Translations under genes and position numbers: made by a program
Part shown: positions 39,948 through 54,700 of the stretch, one piece after another
Position numbering within the stretch: the stretch's first letter is position 1
Layout: each line of letters opens with the position of its first letter
Notes under the pieces: model-generated
The model's database searches: none
The model's input: the letters and a program-made list of their open reading frames with translations, nothing else
What the model was told of the DNA's origin: nothing
NCBI GenBank assembly: GCA_949358305.1
Contig: OX442314.1
Location: 13,640,001 to 13,704,000 of the forward strand
Source: Strigamia acuminata
Taxonomy: Eukaryota
Length of the DNA stretch: 64,000 bases
Reading direction: 5' to 3'

Positions 39948-42165
39948 CTAATTATAAAAAAAATAAATAAAAAATAAAAAATTCCATCAATAAATAAATC
40001 AAATTTAAAAGTATTTCAATAACCACAAAAGAAAAGTTGCTTGCAACATATTTTACAAAGGGAGTGAGACAGCTTGTCAATCTGTCAGACTCCTGCTGCT
40101 GGAAACTGACCTTTGACCCCAAATAACTTTTTCTTGTCTCAAGTTTGCAATCCATGAATTTGATCTCATTCCATGCACTAGTCATGCTCTAATTACTCAA
40201 TAAATTCCACCCAAATTAGTGATTTCAGTCCCTGTGGTTGCCATTAAGTACACTTTAGTCTTTGCGCACTGGCAAAGCGAGACACAATTTCCAATACTTG
40301 GAAATCAAGTTGAGATGACAGCATGTGCTGCCATTTCCCATAGGTTTACACATTCATCACTAGACAAAACCAAAAAAAACATTGAAAAATAAAAAACAAA
40401 AGAACAAAAAAATAAAATTCTACAAAAAAATCTCCTCCACATTTATCCCTTTTCATAACAAAACAAACACACTAGATGTGCACCCTTCACTGAAAGAAAA
40501 ACATCTCTTATCCATGGAAATAACTCACCTATACTAACATTTAAAATAAAAAATTTAAAAATTGCTATAAACACCAAATTAAAAAAAACAATAAACAAAA
40601 CAAAAAAACTAAACAAATAAACAAACAAACAAAAACAGACTTAAATCCATTTATATTTTTGCATTTTCAGCGTATCTCCACATCGCCGTGTCTTTCCTTT
40701 TCCCTTATTGGAAATCGATTGTAGTTCATCACCCAAAATTCTCCTTCGGTTCGCGTCTAATAGAGGACGCTCGGCGATGGCGCCTCCAACTTCATTACAG
40801 CATCAAACAAAATCATATACTAAATCTCATTTAAACTCGTGTCCCCTAATTTCGACCAATATCTCGCTATTAACACACCTCCGCACCTTTCCTACCTATA
40901 AAACTCGATATCCCCAGCTTCTATTTTGCACCGCAAACCAATTTCCTTGGCATCATTTCCTCCGCACCAAAATCCCGTCACTTCACTTCACCGTACACTG
41001 CTCCATAACCGTAATCTAGAACGCAGCTGGTGTCCTAATCGCCGCTGGACCCTTATCTAACAAGCTAGATACAATTGAAACTTGACACCCAACCTCTCCA
41101 ACCATTCCGCAGTGTATATACATTTTATCTCCGCCTAATCATCATCAAAACAATGTTATTTATCCGCTGCCTCATCTTTATCAAACTAACATTCCACGGC
41201 GTACAACAAAATCGCGCGCTGATAAACTCGCCAACCCCAACAGCCTATTTTCCAATTAAAGATAAACACCTGGTCAGCAGATAATGATGACAACTTTATA
41301 TCAAAACTCAACAAAAAAAAAAAAGAAAAGAAATAAAAAAAAAAAACAACAATCAATAAATGCAGTAATTACGTAATTACCATTAACCAAATCACTCAAA
41401 AGCAAGCACGCCATCTTATTTTCCCTCCACAAACACAATGGAAGGGAAGGGGTAGGGAGAGAGAAAGAGAGAAAGAGAAAGAGAGAATGAATTCAACTCG
41501 GTGGTCCCACTTCTTCCCGAACAAGAATGCCCCTCTCATCCCTTCATCATGCTACACGCTATTTACAGATCCGACCTTTGACCCGCGACTGCGAGCCAAC
41601 AAACTGCTTCTAATCCCTGTGACTAGTGCCCAAGCACATCGTAGCAAACGCGTAAATGGACTCTGGAATTAAGAGATCCCTTCACACGAGACGATAAGTC
41701 AATTGAGCACATTTCCAATTCGAGTGGAAGAGCGACGGGCACAAAAGCAAAGTTTAATTGAACAAAGTTAGTGCAAGCCAGAGGAGAAAAGGAAAGACCA
41801 ACAACAAATGCCGTTTAAACTGTAAGCGCTAGAAATGGTGGAGAGAGACGAGACGAGAAGAGACGAGAAGAGAAGAGAAGCAAAGGTCGATCGATACCAA
41901 GAATCCTCCTCCACATGTGATGTAGGCTCGGGCGCTTCAATTCAGCTAAACGCGCTCCCAGTTCAGATCGAGTCACGTGATTATTCAACGCATACATTGT
42001 TTTCATTTCAGTAAATAGATATCTGCGCTAGAGACATAACGTGCAACTTTTATTAGAAAAATGGAATTTTCATTAAAATTCTCTGCAAAGCGTGTTGCAA
42101 ATGTAAACTATTTAACAACATCTACAATGAGATTATTTTAAATCTATTCAGACAAAGTAAAAGGC

Positions 42166-42200
42166 GGGAGGAAGGGAGGGAGGGAGGGAGGGAGAGGGGG
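42166..42200. repeat. (GGGA)n purine tract
   Basis: GGGAGGAAGGGAGGGAGGGAGGGAGGGAGAGGGGG. Confidence 0.85.
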
Positions 42201-43076
42201 TGAGCAAGGACAGGGGGTGTTGCAGAGATGAAATTGTGAACCACACCCATCTCTATCCGTTTTCCAAATATGATTTCACACGGTGCAAAGCCCTTTTCCA
42301 CCCTCAATTTGTTGGTTTAAGTAGAGGTGCGAGGAGATTTCCCTTCTGCTTAACGCCAGGCTTTTGTAATACGTGCAAAGAAGCTCATTAAGAATGCGTG
42401 GGCAGGCGTTTAATTAGGGGGGCCCGAGAGGGTCGGTTCAAAGGATAAAAGGAATAGTGGAATGAGTTGAAGGGGAAAGTGGGAGGTTCTGTCGATTCTA
42501 TTTGATGAACCTTCGATTGCATCAAAATCCATATAAGCAGGACTAGGAAATAATGGCACCTCGTTTGGGGAAAGGCAGGCACGCAATTACGTCCAATTCA
42601 ATTGAAAACTGCTTTACGCAATGCGTGTATATACGAAAACAAAAAGCTGCGTCCAATCACCATTTTCTTTTTTCTGCTTTTTTAAATCAGAAAAATGTAC
42701 CCATCCAATTTTCACCCTCCTGATAATTTTTTTTTTATTCAAGAAAAAACGAAGAGAAAAGAAAAGGCGGCACAATTGAAAGGGTTTAAATCCCTCCCTC
42801 TCACACGTTCTTCCTTTCTTTTTAGATTGCTGATGCAGCAGCTAGACTCGCACCGAATAAAAACTCAACTTTCATGCACAAGAGGTCTTTTTTGCGAGCG
42901 GAATTGTGAGGTGGCGAAGCGGAAAACGCTATGATTCATTATCGCACACTTAATTCTCTGAATAACGCCGTCTGAAAAGTTTAAAACGACTTAAAATTAA
43001 CAAAAAACATCCTCCTTGTGCACATGTTGTCATTAAAACTTGAAAGCAAGCGGAAAAGACCTCCCAAAAATACGTT

Positions 43077-43301
43077 TCCAAAAATACATTAATATTATAT
43101 TGCAATGCATTTTGTAATACGTTTTTGAGTGCTATTCGTTTGCAAATGATAATACAGTTAGTAAAATGTATTATTCTAGTAAAATGCATTCCCAATATTA
43201 TTATTTGTAAAATATAAATACATTGTCAAATGCATTTATTTTCAAGAAAAGCATTAAGTGAAAAGCAATATATTTAAAAATATATTTTTTACCCATATGG
43301 G
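43077..43301 (-). mobile_element. CCCATATGG-TIR family, copy 2 (reverse orientation)
   Basis: Reverse-complement blocks GTAAAATGCATTCCCAATA and ATGCATTTTGTAATA. Ends AAAATATATTTTTTACCCATATGGG. Confidence 0.7.
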
Positions 43302-43865
43302 CATGTCCGCCATTTTACAAAAAAAAAATTGATTTTACTTTAATTTTTAATACAAATATTCCTGATATTCCCTCCCCCACGGCTTTTGCGCGCAATAAAA
43401 ACGCAATAAAAGTCGAGATTCCACTTGAAAAATTCCTCACCTCAAAATTCATGACCCCAACTGACCACAACTTTTACCCTCAATTATAATGGCTGTACCA
43501 AATCAAATTCTTCACCCAGGTGTTCTCTGCATTTTCTACTTTCATTAGCACTTCATTTTTATTGCCTCGCGCTAAAGCCGAGCCCAACACCAACCCACAC
43601 GCATCACCTGTGTGTGGACGCGCGCCGCGTTTGGCTCATCTGTCTGTCCATCATTGACATTCATGAACTTCTGGTGGGTGCAAGAGAAGATGTTCTGCAG
43701 GGCAATTAACGCAAGATTCAAGATCGTAAAAATCTTTATGGCTGTATTCAATGGTAATCTTAATGATCCTGAAACAGTGTTATTAAATTGATAGGGATCA
43801 CACCGAGTTCAATCCCAACCGGTCCTCAAATAACAAAATAAAAAAGAAAAAAAGAAAATTAAAAA

Positions 43866-43897
43866 AAAGAAAGAAAGAAAGAAAGAAAGAAAGAAAA
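43866..43897. repeat. (GAAA)n microsatellite
   Basis: Tandem GAAA units within an A-rich tract. Confidence 0.9.
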
Positions 43898-46800
43898 AGA
43901 GGAAATTAATTGGAGAAAATTGTAGTGCAAGCTTCAACCCGCCTCAATAAAACTGAATGTTTGCGTTTTCTGCTTCAAAGGACACTGCTTCTAATCTCAC
44001 TTGTCACCTGCAACGGTGGGCACACACAACACCTTGCAAGAGTCCACCTTGAGAAATTGGTCACGCAAAGGGGAGAATAACTGGTCACAACCAGATGGTC
44101 AAACATTTTCCCCAGGTGCAGTTCGAGTTAAACCGAGTTAAATCCATACTTTAAGAGACAGGAGAGGAAATATATTTTCCACACAATCCTGCTCTCCACT
44201 TTCTCTGCATTGTTTACAATTCTCTCATAACTAGTTCCTGCAATAAAAGATAATAAAAAAAATGTAAAAAAAAAAATAAATAAAAATAAATAAATCTCAA
44301 AAACCAGTTCTTTTGTATTGCTTTTCAATCTATTGAAAAAAAAGGAAGCAATATTTCTTAACAACAAATATAGTCTATTAAAGGAGAGCTCATTGCAACC
44401 ACTGGATATACTTCACTGTCAAGGAAAGTCACGTGAGGTTTTAATTTTATCTTAATTACATCACGCAAGTCTCATTCAACATTAAACCGAAATTTTTTAT
44501 TCCATAATTTTGTATTTATATTTATATTTGTATCAATTTGCACGGCTTTTAAATCAGATGGAAACGTTATTCCATAAATTACCTAAGAATAGATAATTAA
44601 AACCCCCTACTGTTCCACATTGCTGTGGCGCAGCAATATAAAATATAATCAAACATTGATTGCATTCAATATTGATGCCTTTAAGTGACTTAAATGATTT
44701 TAGTTGTGATTTGCATCATGATTAATACAAAATCGTTTGGTGAATTGTATTAATCACGATGCGAAACGTATCATACGAGCAACTAAAGTTACTTTATGCT
44801 TCAATATTGAATGCACTCAATTTTTGACATTCTATTTCATTACTTTTATATTTTGTCTAATAAAAGAAACCCAGCAAGTACACTTATACGCGGTTACATG
44901 TCGTGGAGTACACGACTCGGTCTCTTTCTCTCTTGTTCTCAAAAAGTAAGTGAACCACACTAGAAATTTGGAGTGTCGTCGACAACCGACGCTATGACAG
45001 AAAGAAAGATTTTGTGATTTTGCCATTGTAATAGTCTCGGTCAACAGCTAGGTAAGAAGTGATTATTGCAAGTGTGTTGGCCCAGAAGTCACCTCCGAAT
45101 TATTATTATTTTTTATAACTTTGAAGTTGAATTCCGGTTCGTGAAATTTTCCTTTTCGAGCCGTGATCCCCGGCTAAGTTTTTCCTTCCTTCCACAAAGA
45201 GTTGGAAATAAAGCCAAATAACCCTAAAAGCTAACAATGCATGTTGAGGAAGTAAACACATTTTAACAACATGACGTGATGGTCAGTTGAGGTCCAATGG
45301 GATGATTATAATGTGCAGTCAACAACCAAGAATATACGCCACTCGGCGTACATAATAGCACCATAATACACAGCTGATCAATTTATGGCTTGTGTGTATT
45401 TGGCCATAACGATTAGACAAGCTATTGTGATCGGGCAGAAGAGGGGCAAATTTATCACAGCGCTTTAACATTTTATGGATGAATGAAGCAGATAACATTA
45501 AAGTTGAAATTGCCGAAAATGAAAAATCCAACTTAATAAAACGAAATACCTCGCGCGTACCAGTTAAAAAGTTAACTCAAAGATCAAATCACCAAATCCT
45601 GACAAGCTTCTTTCATTTCTGACGAGAAATATTACGTTTCAACACCAACCTTTATCAGCAATACAGAAAACACAACAGATTCCGATATCCAGACAATTTC
45701 GACGCCATCGTCCTTTATGAAGGCGAACAAAAGATGGACTTCAAGTCAACGCCAGCTTACGCCACAAGCCCACAAATCGATATAAATATACTAGATATAT
45801 CTCGCCAAATGGCGGCAGCACTCACGCTATTAAGCCTAAGTTTCGATTAAAGCGAGAAATCGCGACGTGGTAAACTCGAGTGACGCCATCTTTTATATTT
45901 GGCTCGTCAATTCAGCCAGTTATGATTGTGACACATCTTAGCCATGTTATTTTCTCTCGGCGTAACGATGCTTCTCGTTTCCCCACTCACATCATTAAGA
46001 AGGACTTTGTGAGCAGTCTCTGGAGAGAAAAGAGCGAGCAACAGAGAATTGCTTATTTGGTTCGGTCAAAGCCGAGAAAGACCCCGACGCCTCTGTCTGC
46101 TGCTAGACAACATTGATCGTCACCTTTTGGCTCGTGGCCTAAGCGCAGAGTATCTTTCCATGTCGTCTGATTTTCCTCGCTTGATGCATCGCAAACACAT
46201 ACACCTACCGCCTCAATTTCGTTCTTTTTTTCTGCCTCGTCTCGTCTTTCTGCCATTCATCAATACAAAACGATTCAAACACACAATGAAACAACAAAAA
46301 CAAAACAATCCAACGATCCCACGTCCATCAACTATCCGCAAATGTGATTTTTCAACTTCCGAGTATTCTGAGCATTTTAACCAAGACACCTCTCGAGCTC
46401 ACGACCAAGAACAATCGATCAGCAATCTCATCAATTCCTCACTGTTCCATTAACCCATCAACTTCTTCACACTCAAACAAAAGTGTGACCTCTTTCAGTT
46501 GGAGGAGGGCATCCAACAAAACAGCAATGACTCCCATTGGCCAATGAAGGATCTCGAGGGCGCATTCGACACAGATAAGTAAAAGGTCCTGTTCTAGAGC
46601 TTCTGCTGTGATTCCATTTCTTTTGAGGTCGTTCTCTGCAAATGGGACTACACGACACCAGACAGCAGTAAAAGTGTTTTTTTTTTTTTTCTTTCTTTCT
46701 TTTTTAAAAAACACTAACTTGTGACACCAAACAACATTGTTTTCCTTTCTTTTTCTTTTCTTTTTCGTCTCCTTGTATCCAGAAAGAAAAATCTCGTTGC

Positions 46801-48079
46801 AACTTTATTGTAGGAGGATAAATGTTCATTTAATAGGTCGATCGAAATGTTGATGTTTGTACCATTTGCTTCGTGCCATGTCGCGTCGAAAATAAACATT
46901 ATTTATCACGTAGCATCACATAAAATGCACGAGGAGAAAAAATTGTCGCAATTCCCTCGAAATGTAAAAATGAATAGAACTTCTCGAATAGGTTTCGGGT
47001 AAAAAGCCAGCAATAAAATTCATTCTATACATATAAATGCGGGCTCGCTGCCATTTGGATCAAATTTCAAACTTCATTTTCCATCTCAAGGACTCGAAGA
47101 AATCTAGTACTTGGCACAGCATGGCGGCCAATCTTGCTCCCTTTTCGATAACATACACACACGAATAAAAAAAAAAGAAGAAATAATATCGAGATTTAGC
47201 TAACCATTCGGTAGAATGAATAGTAATCAATAGATCAATCTCGCCCCCTTTTCATCTTCGATGAAATCTCGAGTCTACCGTGAAATGCATTCAAACGGAA
47301 ATGACAAAGGAAAGGAACAAAAAAGAAGAATATGAGTGCTGTGTCTAAGTTTATATTGGTACTAAAAACGGAAAGAAATCGGCCACAAAAATATTAAAGT
47401 GCGTCAGCTGCTGCCTTTCTGCGCCAACTTTCCACTTGGCCAGATATTTTCTTCTTCACTTTTTTTCATCATCCATTGCTATTCTTGCAAATGTTCGGCA
47501 GCAAAAACGAGACAATTCTGTTTGTTGCTGCGTTTTGCCGTGCGAACCAAGCATTATCTCAAAGAAATTGGTGTGTACGAAACCAAAGGCAAACGACACT
47601 AATTCTCTTCGTTAGATGGTTTTTGCTGGGCGGATTTGACGTAATTTATGTCACGTTTCGTCCTATGGTTACATAGACGTGGCAATTTAAAGTTTGCTTC
47701 TTCAAATAAAACTCCCTCCTCAATCAACCTTCTAACCATGTCATGTCACATAAAACAAAATCAGAAGCAGGCTGCCAATCTTCTCTCATTTCATAGTTAG
47801 ATTGGCAGCCATTATTGCGCCAGTCAAGATTGGCTTTGTGCACTGAATTATTACTGACATACATACGTTACGTTCAATGAGAAGTGATCTCCTGAGGTCA
47901 CCTAAGAAATTCTTAGTAATTTATTATTAAATGAAAAATGCTTCGCCACAACTCAAAGAAACACATTAAAAATCTTAACAACAACGAAAATTAATAAATA
48001 TAAAAAAATAAAAAATAAATGTATTTACGGGTAACAATACGATATGTTTAGCATTTCACGAAATTAAATATATTAATTG

Positions 48080-48571
48080 TACATTAAATAATGCATTCGT
48101 ATTTTCAGATTATATTGGGAATGCATTTTAAAAATGTATTATCATTTGCAAACCAACACATAGCATGCAAAAAGATATTACAAAATGCATTCTCGTGAAA
48201 ACCCAATGCATTTCACAATACATCAAGGGGTTTCAAAAATGACACGCTGAAGGCGCTGAAGTGATTGTTCCAATAATCACAATCACTGCATTATTGAGAA
48301 CCCACACCAGCTCCAAGTGATTATTCTGCATTTGTTTAATAATTTACAACCGACTCTCTTTTCCTTAGTTTAAGCATTCTTCAGCACTAAAAACTCCTTT
48401 TCAGATGACTATAAATAAGCGCTGAAGTGATTATTCATGTGATTGGTCCGTGATAATCACTTCAGCGCAATAATCGTCACAATCGTAATAATCACTTCAG
48501 CGTGTCATTTATGAAACCCCTTATTTCAATAAATGGCAATATAATTTCAATGTATTTTTGAACCATATGGG
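48080..48571 (+). mobile_element. CCCATATGG-TIR family, copy 3, interrupted by the GGGGTTTCA MITE
   Basis: Family blocks occur on both sides of 48227-48520. Ends AATGTATTTTTGAACCATATGGG. Confidence 0.7.
48227..48520. mobile_element. MITE with terminal inverted repeats, PIF/Harbinger (Tourist)-like
   Basis: Left GGGGTTTCAAAAATGACACGCTGAAG and right CTTCAGCGTGTCATTTATGAAACCCC differ by 1 mismatch in 26. Internal GCGCTGAAGTGATTAT/ATAATCACTTCAGCGC inverted units. Flanks are caa and tta. A second copy at 31703 is preceded by TAA. Confidence 0.85.
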
Positions 48572-48651
48572 AACGACCGGTTATCCGAGTAGCAATGATC
48601 GATTCTCTATCGATTTTCAACCCTTTTTTAAATCATATTTTTGTTTTCATG

Positions 48652-48745
48652 TACAGTAGAATATCCTAATATCCGATTACGCGAACAAATCGATTTAGGA
48701 ACACCTATGTTCCCAATTAGTTTGGTTAACCGACGTTCTACGATA
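48652..48745. mobile_element. Degenerate pogo/Tigger-like mini-MITE
   Basis: TA|CAGTAGAATATCC... and ...TTAACCGACGTTCTACGA|TA form eroded inverted ends of the CAGTAG type. Confidence 0.4.
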
Positions 48746-51700
48746 CGAAAATGAATGGCATTCAAATGTATTATTTAAATCGGCAAAAAAAACAACACCA
48801 AACTGACCCATTATAGTGGATCCTGTTTCCTTCTTACCCATTACTTGCCTGTCGTTACGAACTCTAGTTACGAGCATGATTTCTGCAAATGCCATTCACT
48901 CCCAATTTGGATTCGGCTTCCCCGCATAATCGGCCGCTCACCGCCCATTACTGTCATTTTAACGTCACTTCAATCATCCCTGGTCGCAATCAAGATGGAA
49001 AAAAAATGACTACAGTTCTATCTTGGATTCCACACACATCCACACGTTCACATACAACCATCCAAATTCCTCAGCGCTAGGTATATCCCAGCACAGTTTA
49101 TTACGCCAATGCCAACCAAGTCTTTCCCCAACATAAACTTGAATGAGAAAACTTAAAGACAGCACTTGGTTTCGCTGACATATCGAGCTTGTCATAAAAT
49201 GCCGTGACGACAGAGTGATAGATCACTACCACTAAGTCAACATAAAAAAAAATAAAAATTTACGAGGCAAAACCATGACACACAAAAACAGAAATAAAAA
49301 AATATATCCAAATAAATAAAACATCACGAGACAGAAAAAGCTGTCACTCACAGCAAAACCTCGCTTGACTCTTGTTTATGCCAGTCCAAATCATGTCAAG
49401 AATAATCCAGACGAAAATTCCATTTATTCCATTTATTTAAAATAATACGGCTCATTTAAAAGCGTTTCCAAACATCTCGTTAACAAACCAACAATAAATA
49501 CTTTCGGCCGCCCGTTGCTTTTGTTTTTTTGTTGACAGTTTGTTTTTGCGTAGCACTTGATTAAGTGGCGACGTCTCTCCATGTGTCACCAAACGTCAAG
49601 AATTCGGCAATCGCAAAGCGCAAGAGAACAGGTTTGCATCGGCTAAAGGCAACAGCTAAAGAAAGGCCCATATATCTCCAGGTGCGGCAAGTCATTCCGG
49701 GAGAGAGGATTTACGACTGGCTAATGATATCAGGATGCATTCCAGCGTCCCTTTCTTTAGCTTTTCGCCAAAGGAATATCGAGAAATACAATATTATGCA
49801 AAGCACGCCTGATAAATAAAAGTACGGGCCTGCAACGGCGCTCCATAAGCAGTTTTAACGAGTACAAATAAATCAAACAAACTAACTGCAGATAAACTTA
49901 GGTATTTGCCTATTGAAATGTAACCCTGTGGAATAAGAAACACTGAAGCAAATGTCTGTTGCCTGTCTGACTGTCGCAAGACTCCATTAGACTGTCTGCC
50001 TTCTACGGAAGTCTTAATATCATTTTTCATCATTTCATCTTCTGCCATCAATTTTTCCTCCAATAATTTATTAAATTGAAAGATGAAGACTGTAATAAAA
50101 TATTGCAGTTAAAGAAATTTTTTTTTTTATATTTTATTTTTTCTGCATCTATTTTATTTTGACCTACTTTTTAATAGTTTAATCAATCATATTTTCAGGC
50201 CCATTTTCAAACATTAAATAATTGATTACAGCAAAAAATCAAATCTCTACATCCTTTCCTGCTCATTATGCGCCTCATCTACTGTCTGAATTACCCCAGC
50301 TGTCAATCAACTATTATAAATAAACGATTTCCAATTGATTTCAAAAATTAAAAATTAAAAATAAAAAATCATCCAAATATCTTTAAGCCAAACCCTCAAG
50401 GTTTTTCTCAGGCTTTACTTTGATATCTTCACTTCACATCCCCCTCCCCAACTTTTTAAAAAAAATTTCTTCAAGAACACAATTAGTAATTCTAGATTTA
50501 CTACGAGATTATACCTCATTATTAGTATAACTACAACCCGAACTTGATACTTTATATTTCCTTTCTATCGATAACAAAAAAACCAGCAACTTTAACACAA
50601 AAAAACCATCTTCAAAAAAAACCGCAATACATGTATTTTCGAATTCCTTGATTACTCTTACTCGGCACTTTTATTCTACCCCCACAACACAACCGAGTGT
50701 AGGTTGTGCGCGCTTGTAATCATTTGTCGCTCCCTTCTTATCCCCGTACAAAAGAGGAGGCTTTTGCAGTCGCACAAAGAAAAAGAGGCCAACCTTACAT
50801 TCCAGCACACAAAAACACATTTCAAATTTTTTTTCACTCTCCCCATCAGAGTCAGCTGCAAAGCGCTCACGAAATTTGTTCTTCAAGCACAACGACTCAA
50901 TAATCGTAAATTAAGCCTAAGCTGCTTTGCAGGACGTCTACTACGGCGTGGACAATATTTTTTTTTTCTTTTCAAATTTACTTTTCACTCCCGTCTTGTC
51001 CCCCTCGTCTGACCGATTAATTGACTGTACCAATCAAACAAAAACAAACCCAAAAAAAAATATTTTTTTAAATGAAATAAACTGCTGTAGAGATTAAAGA
51101 TTAAAAGGGCGACAAACACAAATTTTTCCAGGTGAAGTTTTATGGTTCTTTGATTAGTCCTTCACACCCTCGGCTAATAAACGTTCGTAGGATAAGGTTC
51201 GCGACCTTTAGTGGCCCTAGTCCTACAATTTACACCCATGCCAAGACATCTTAGAAAAATTTATGGCACTCGTCTTATACCTTGCACAGGTGCAGTCCAA
51301 TAGATTTACAAGCTCCACCCACATAATCTTCCCATCTGGTGGGACAGAGTTAAAAAGAAAATTGACATCAAATTGGGCAGAACCGAACGAAGAAACTGAA
51401 AAATACACAGTAGCCCAACCCATTTCCCAATTGGTTTAAAAACATGTTGCGAACAAGCTTCCTAGTGCTAACCACCTCGTGTTTTGACTGGCATAAACCT
51501 AATTGAATAGTAACAGGCAGGAAACAGAGATAAGTTCAGATAAGCTGATTACAATCTTTCTACAGTTTTTATTATGCACCTGTAAATTTACAGCAAAAAA
51601 ATTAATATTGAATGGCCATCTCTTTGGAAAATAATAATAAAAAAAAGAAACTTTTTATTATTTTCAAGTGTGCCATTTGCCATATTAAATGCTGAATATT

Positions 51701-54700
51701 TAATGACCATTTAATATGATTGAATCAATAAATTGTATCGATTGAGGATGTGCTAAGCTCGATTTAAAAAGAAAAATTCTAAATTTAAATTTTATTCATG
51801 TTAAATTATTAAAGAGAGTTAAATTTACATTTACGAAGTTCCGTGAAACAATTTTGTGGAATCAGCTGAAATAAGTAATACACATTAAAATTGAAAACAA
51901 ACAACCCCGCCCTTTTTCCTTCCATAAAATTCCAATAAAAATAAAATTCCCTAGCACAGTCAACAATTTAACGTCCACACTTGTTTGCTTTGGTTATGAA
52001 TGGCTTTGTGAACGAGGAATATTCATCGAGGATTTTGACCACGTAAACAAAAACAAGAAAAATTCCTCACTAAATGAAGACACAAAATTAATTCACATAA
52101 ATAATTTTTTTTTTTTTAATTAAAAAAAAAAAAAAAAAAAAAATTACAGCTGTCACTTAGAGATAGAGAAAAGTTTCCAAGTGTCCACTGAACATAAAGA
52201 GAATTACTATCATGCAAAAGCAAAGTCGTAAAAGTCATTTTAGACTGTAAAGAGTTGATGGCAGCAGCCGAGTAGGAGAAACGAGAGTGGGGAGAAACAT
52301 TTGTGAATCTCGTTTTCATTAAGGCATCGCCCATTGGCCTTTTGATTTATGAATAATTGATGATGCAGCAATATATAACTTGTGTCCATTATACATGGAT
52401 AGACCCTTTTTAACCATTCACCTTTAACAAACCTTTATATTTTATGAGGTCAGCAATAGGCTTGTGATTATAATTTAACATCTGCTACAACACAACACCG
52501 AGAACACAAACTATATGTAAATAATGAATAATAAAAAAATTTCCATCAACATTAATTTTCACTGGATTTATTTTCAGTTCCTGAGGAAAAAAAAATCATG
52601 AAGTATTTATTTAATGATAGGATAGGCATGACGTATCCGCCATTTTTGAGAATTTATTAAACTTTTTTTTTTTTTGATAGGAAGAAATATACTGAAATAT
52701 CTTAATTACAGTATAGGCAAAAAAAATTTATTATCCATAAATATAAAGTAAAAAAAAAATCTCATCATTAATTTAATCTTTTTTATAACCCCAAATGAAA
52801 TTATATATATAAATTTCCTTTTAATGCTTTAATAATTTCAATTTCGTGTCATTTTAAATTTCTTTTCAAATTTCCATAATTCAATATATATTTTAATTAT
52901 AGAAAGGAATAAGATTTTATAATTAATTCAGTTTTTTTTTTATTGAAAAATAAAAAAGAATGTTAAAAAAAAAAAGAAAAAAGTTTATTTTATTACAACT
53001 CCGGGCTTAAAACAAAAACAGCAATAAATTTTTACTGGAAAAATAATATCACAGGAAAAAGGAGGAGAGTGTGGCGGAGCCTAAATACAGAAAATATCTG
53101 CCAAAGGCGGCTTAATACTATCTGCAAAGTTTGAACAATTTTCAAAGAAAATAAAGAAAACATAATAACATTCACGCCTGGTTTACAATCTTGCACGCGA
53201 CATTAAGTGTACCTTAGTCGGCCGCATTTCTTGCCTTAATAGGCCTAAAGCAAATTATGAACATATTTGGATGTCACATTTCTTTTTATTACTTGAAAAC
53301 AATCAATTTGCGTCAGAAATGAATTCCCTACTCGTATAAAAAACCCACAAAACCGCTTTCCACTTCTCTATCAACCAATTTGAATGTATAAAAGCAAATC
53401 ACAAACACAACTCGCACATTATTAGTTCGCCACCGCAATCGAAAAACAAAAAAGCAAAAATAAAAATTTACTTTTGTGTCCTCTCATCAACAAAAAAAAT
53501 AAAAAATAAAATAAAAAAACCTTAAACATCATTCACTTCCTTTCATCTTTCATCCAAAAAAATAGATAGATAAAAAAAAAAATTTAAAAAAAAAACCAAA
53601 ACCACCAAGTAGCCATTAACAGTTGATTTCTCTGTTGACAGCTCATCTATTTCTTACATCTTGGCACTCCACTCACCACCCCACACAAATCCAAGAGCGA
53701 CATACAAAATGCAAGCAGCCACAATCACTTCATTTGCAAGCCCTACACTTTCCGTCCCATTTACAAACTCAAACATAAAAAAACCTTAAAAATCCCTAAA
53801 AAAAACCCTATATTTTTCCGCTTCTCTCTTTTATGTATCTGCAATGTAATGCTAATTGCGAAGGACATTTTCCACACCGGATAGAAATACACATGCGTGA
53901 CAAACGTCCAAAAAATACACACGAAAAAAAATATACAAAGGAAATAAAAAAAATTCTCTGATGGCTCTTTTCCTTGAGCAGGAAATAAAAAAAAGAAATG
54001 AGTGAATGAGTGACATAGGAGAGCAATAAGACACCTTTGAATCGGGTGTAAAAGAAGCCGCTTAAGCGTGGAGGCAGCAAAGTGTTGTTTTATGGATCAG
54101 CGACACACAACCAAAATAATCAACTGACAAACCCAAACCGCCCCGTCTTGGCATTCTTGGCAACTGAAAATGTTCCTTTCTTTTCTCTTCACTCTACCGA
54201 CTCTAAACTCGTTGAAATCGCATTCCCGTTTCCACAACGTTCACTGAACATATTTTTCGCATCCTAGCGATCTAGAAACAACCGCGTCCCTTCTGGCATA
54301 TCACCAACAAAACAAAATTCCTCTACAGACATATTTCACTTTAAAAATAAAAATTTCACATGAAAGAAAAAGGAAAAGGAAAAGAAAAAGAAAATTATCT
54401 GTGCACACTACATTATCTCTTATCCTCAACCAGAAATGCAATACCGTTCTATTTTCTCTACAGGTATGCCATTCATCATCAAACCCCCTAACATGCTTCT
54501 ATTTTTAGATACAGATCTTGCAGATAATAACTGCCTTCATATTAAGGCTGTAGTTTAATTTATTTTCAACAAACTTTTAAGTCACAAACATTTTTTTCAC
54601 TCCAAAATACAAACTTTTTCGCATTTCGTGCTAATCGAAAATGCTGCAAATTCAATTCTATTTAAGGTAGATTTTCTGGGTCAGGTCGCCACCAGGAGAA

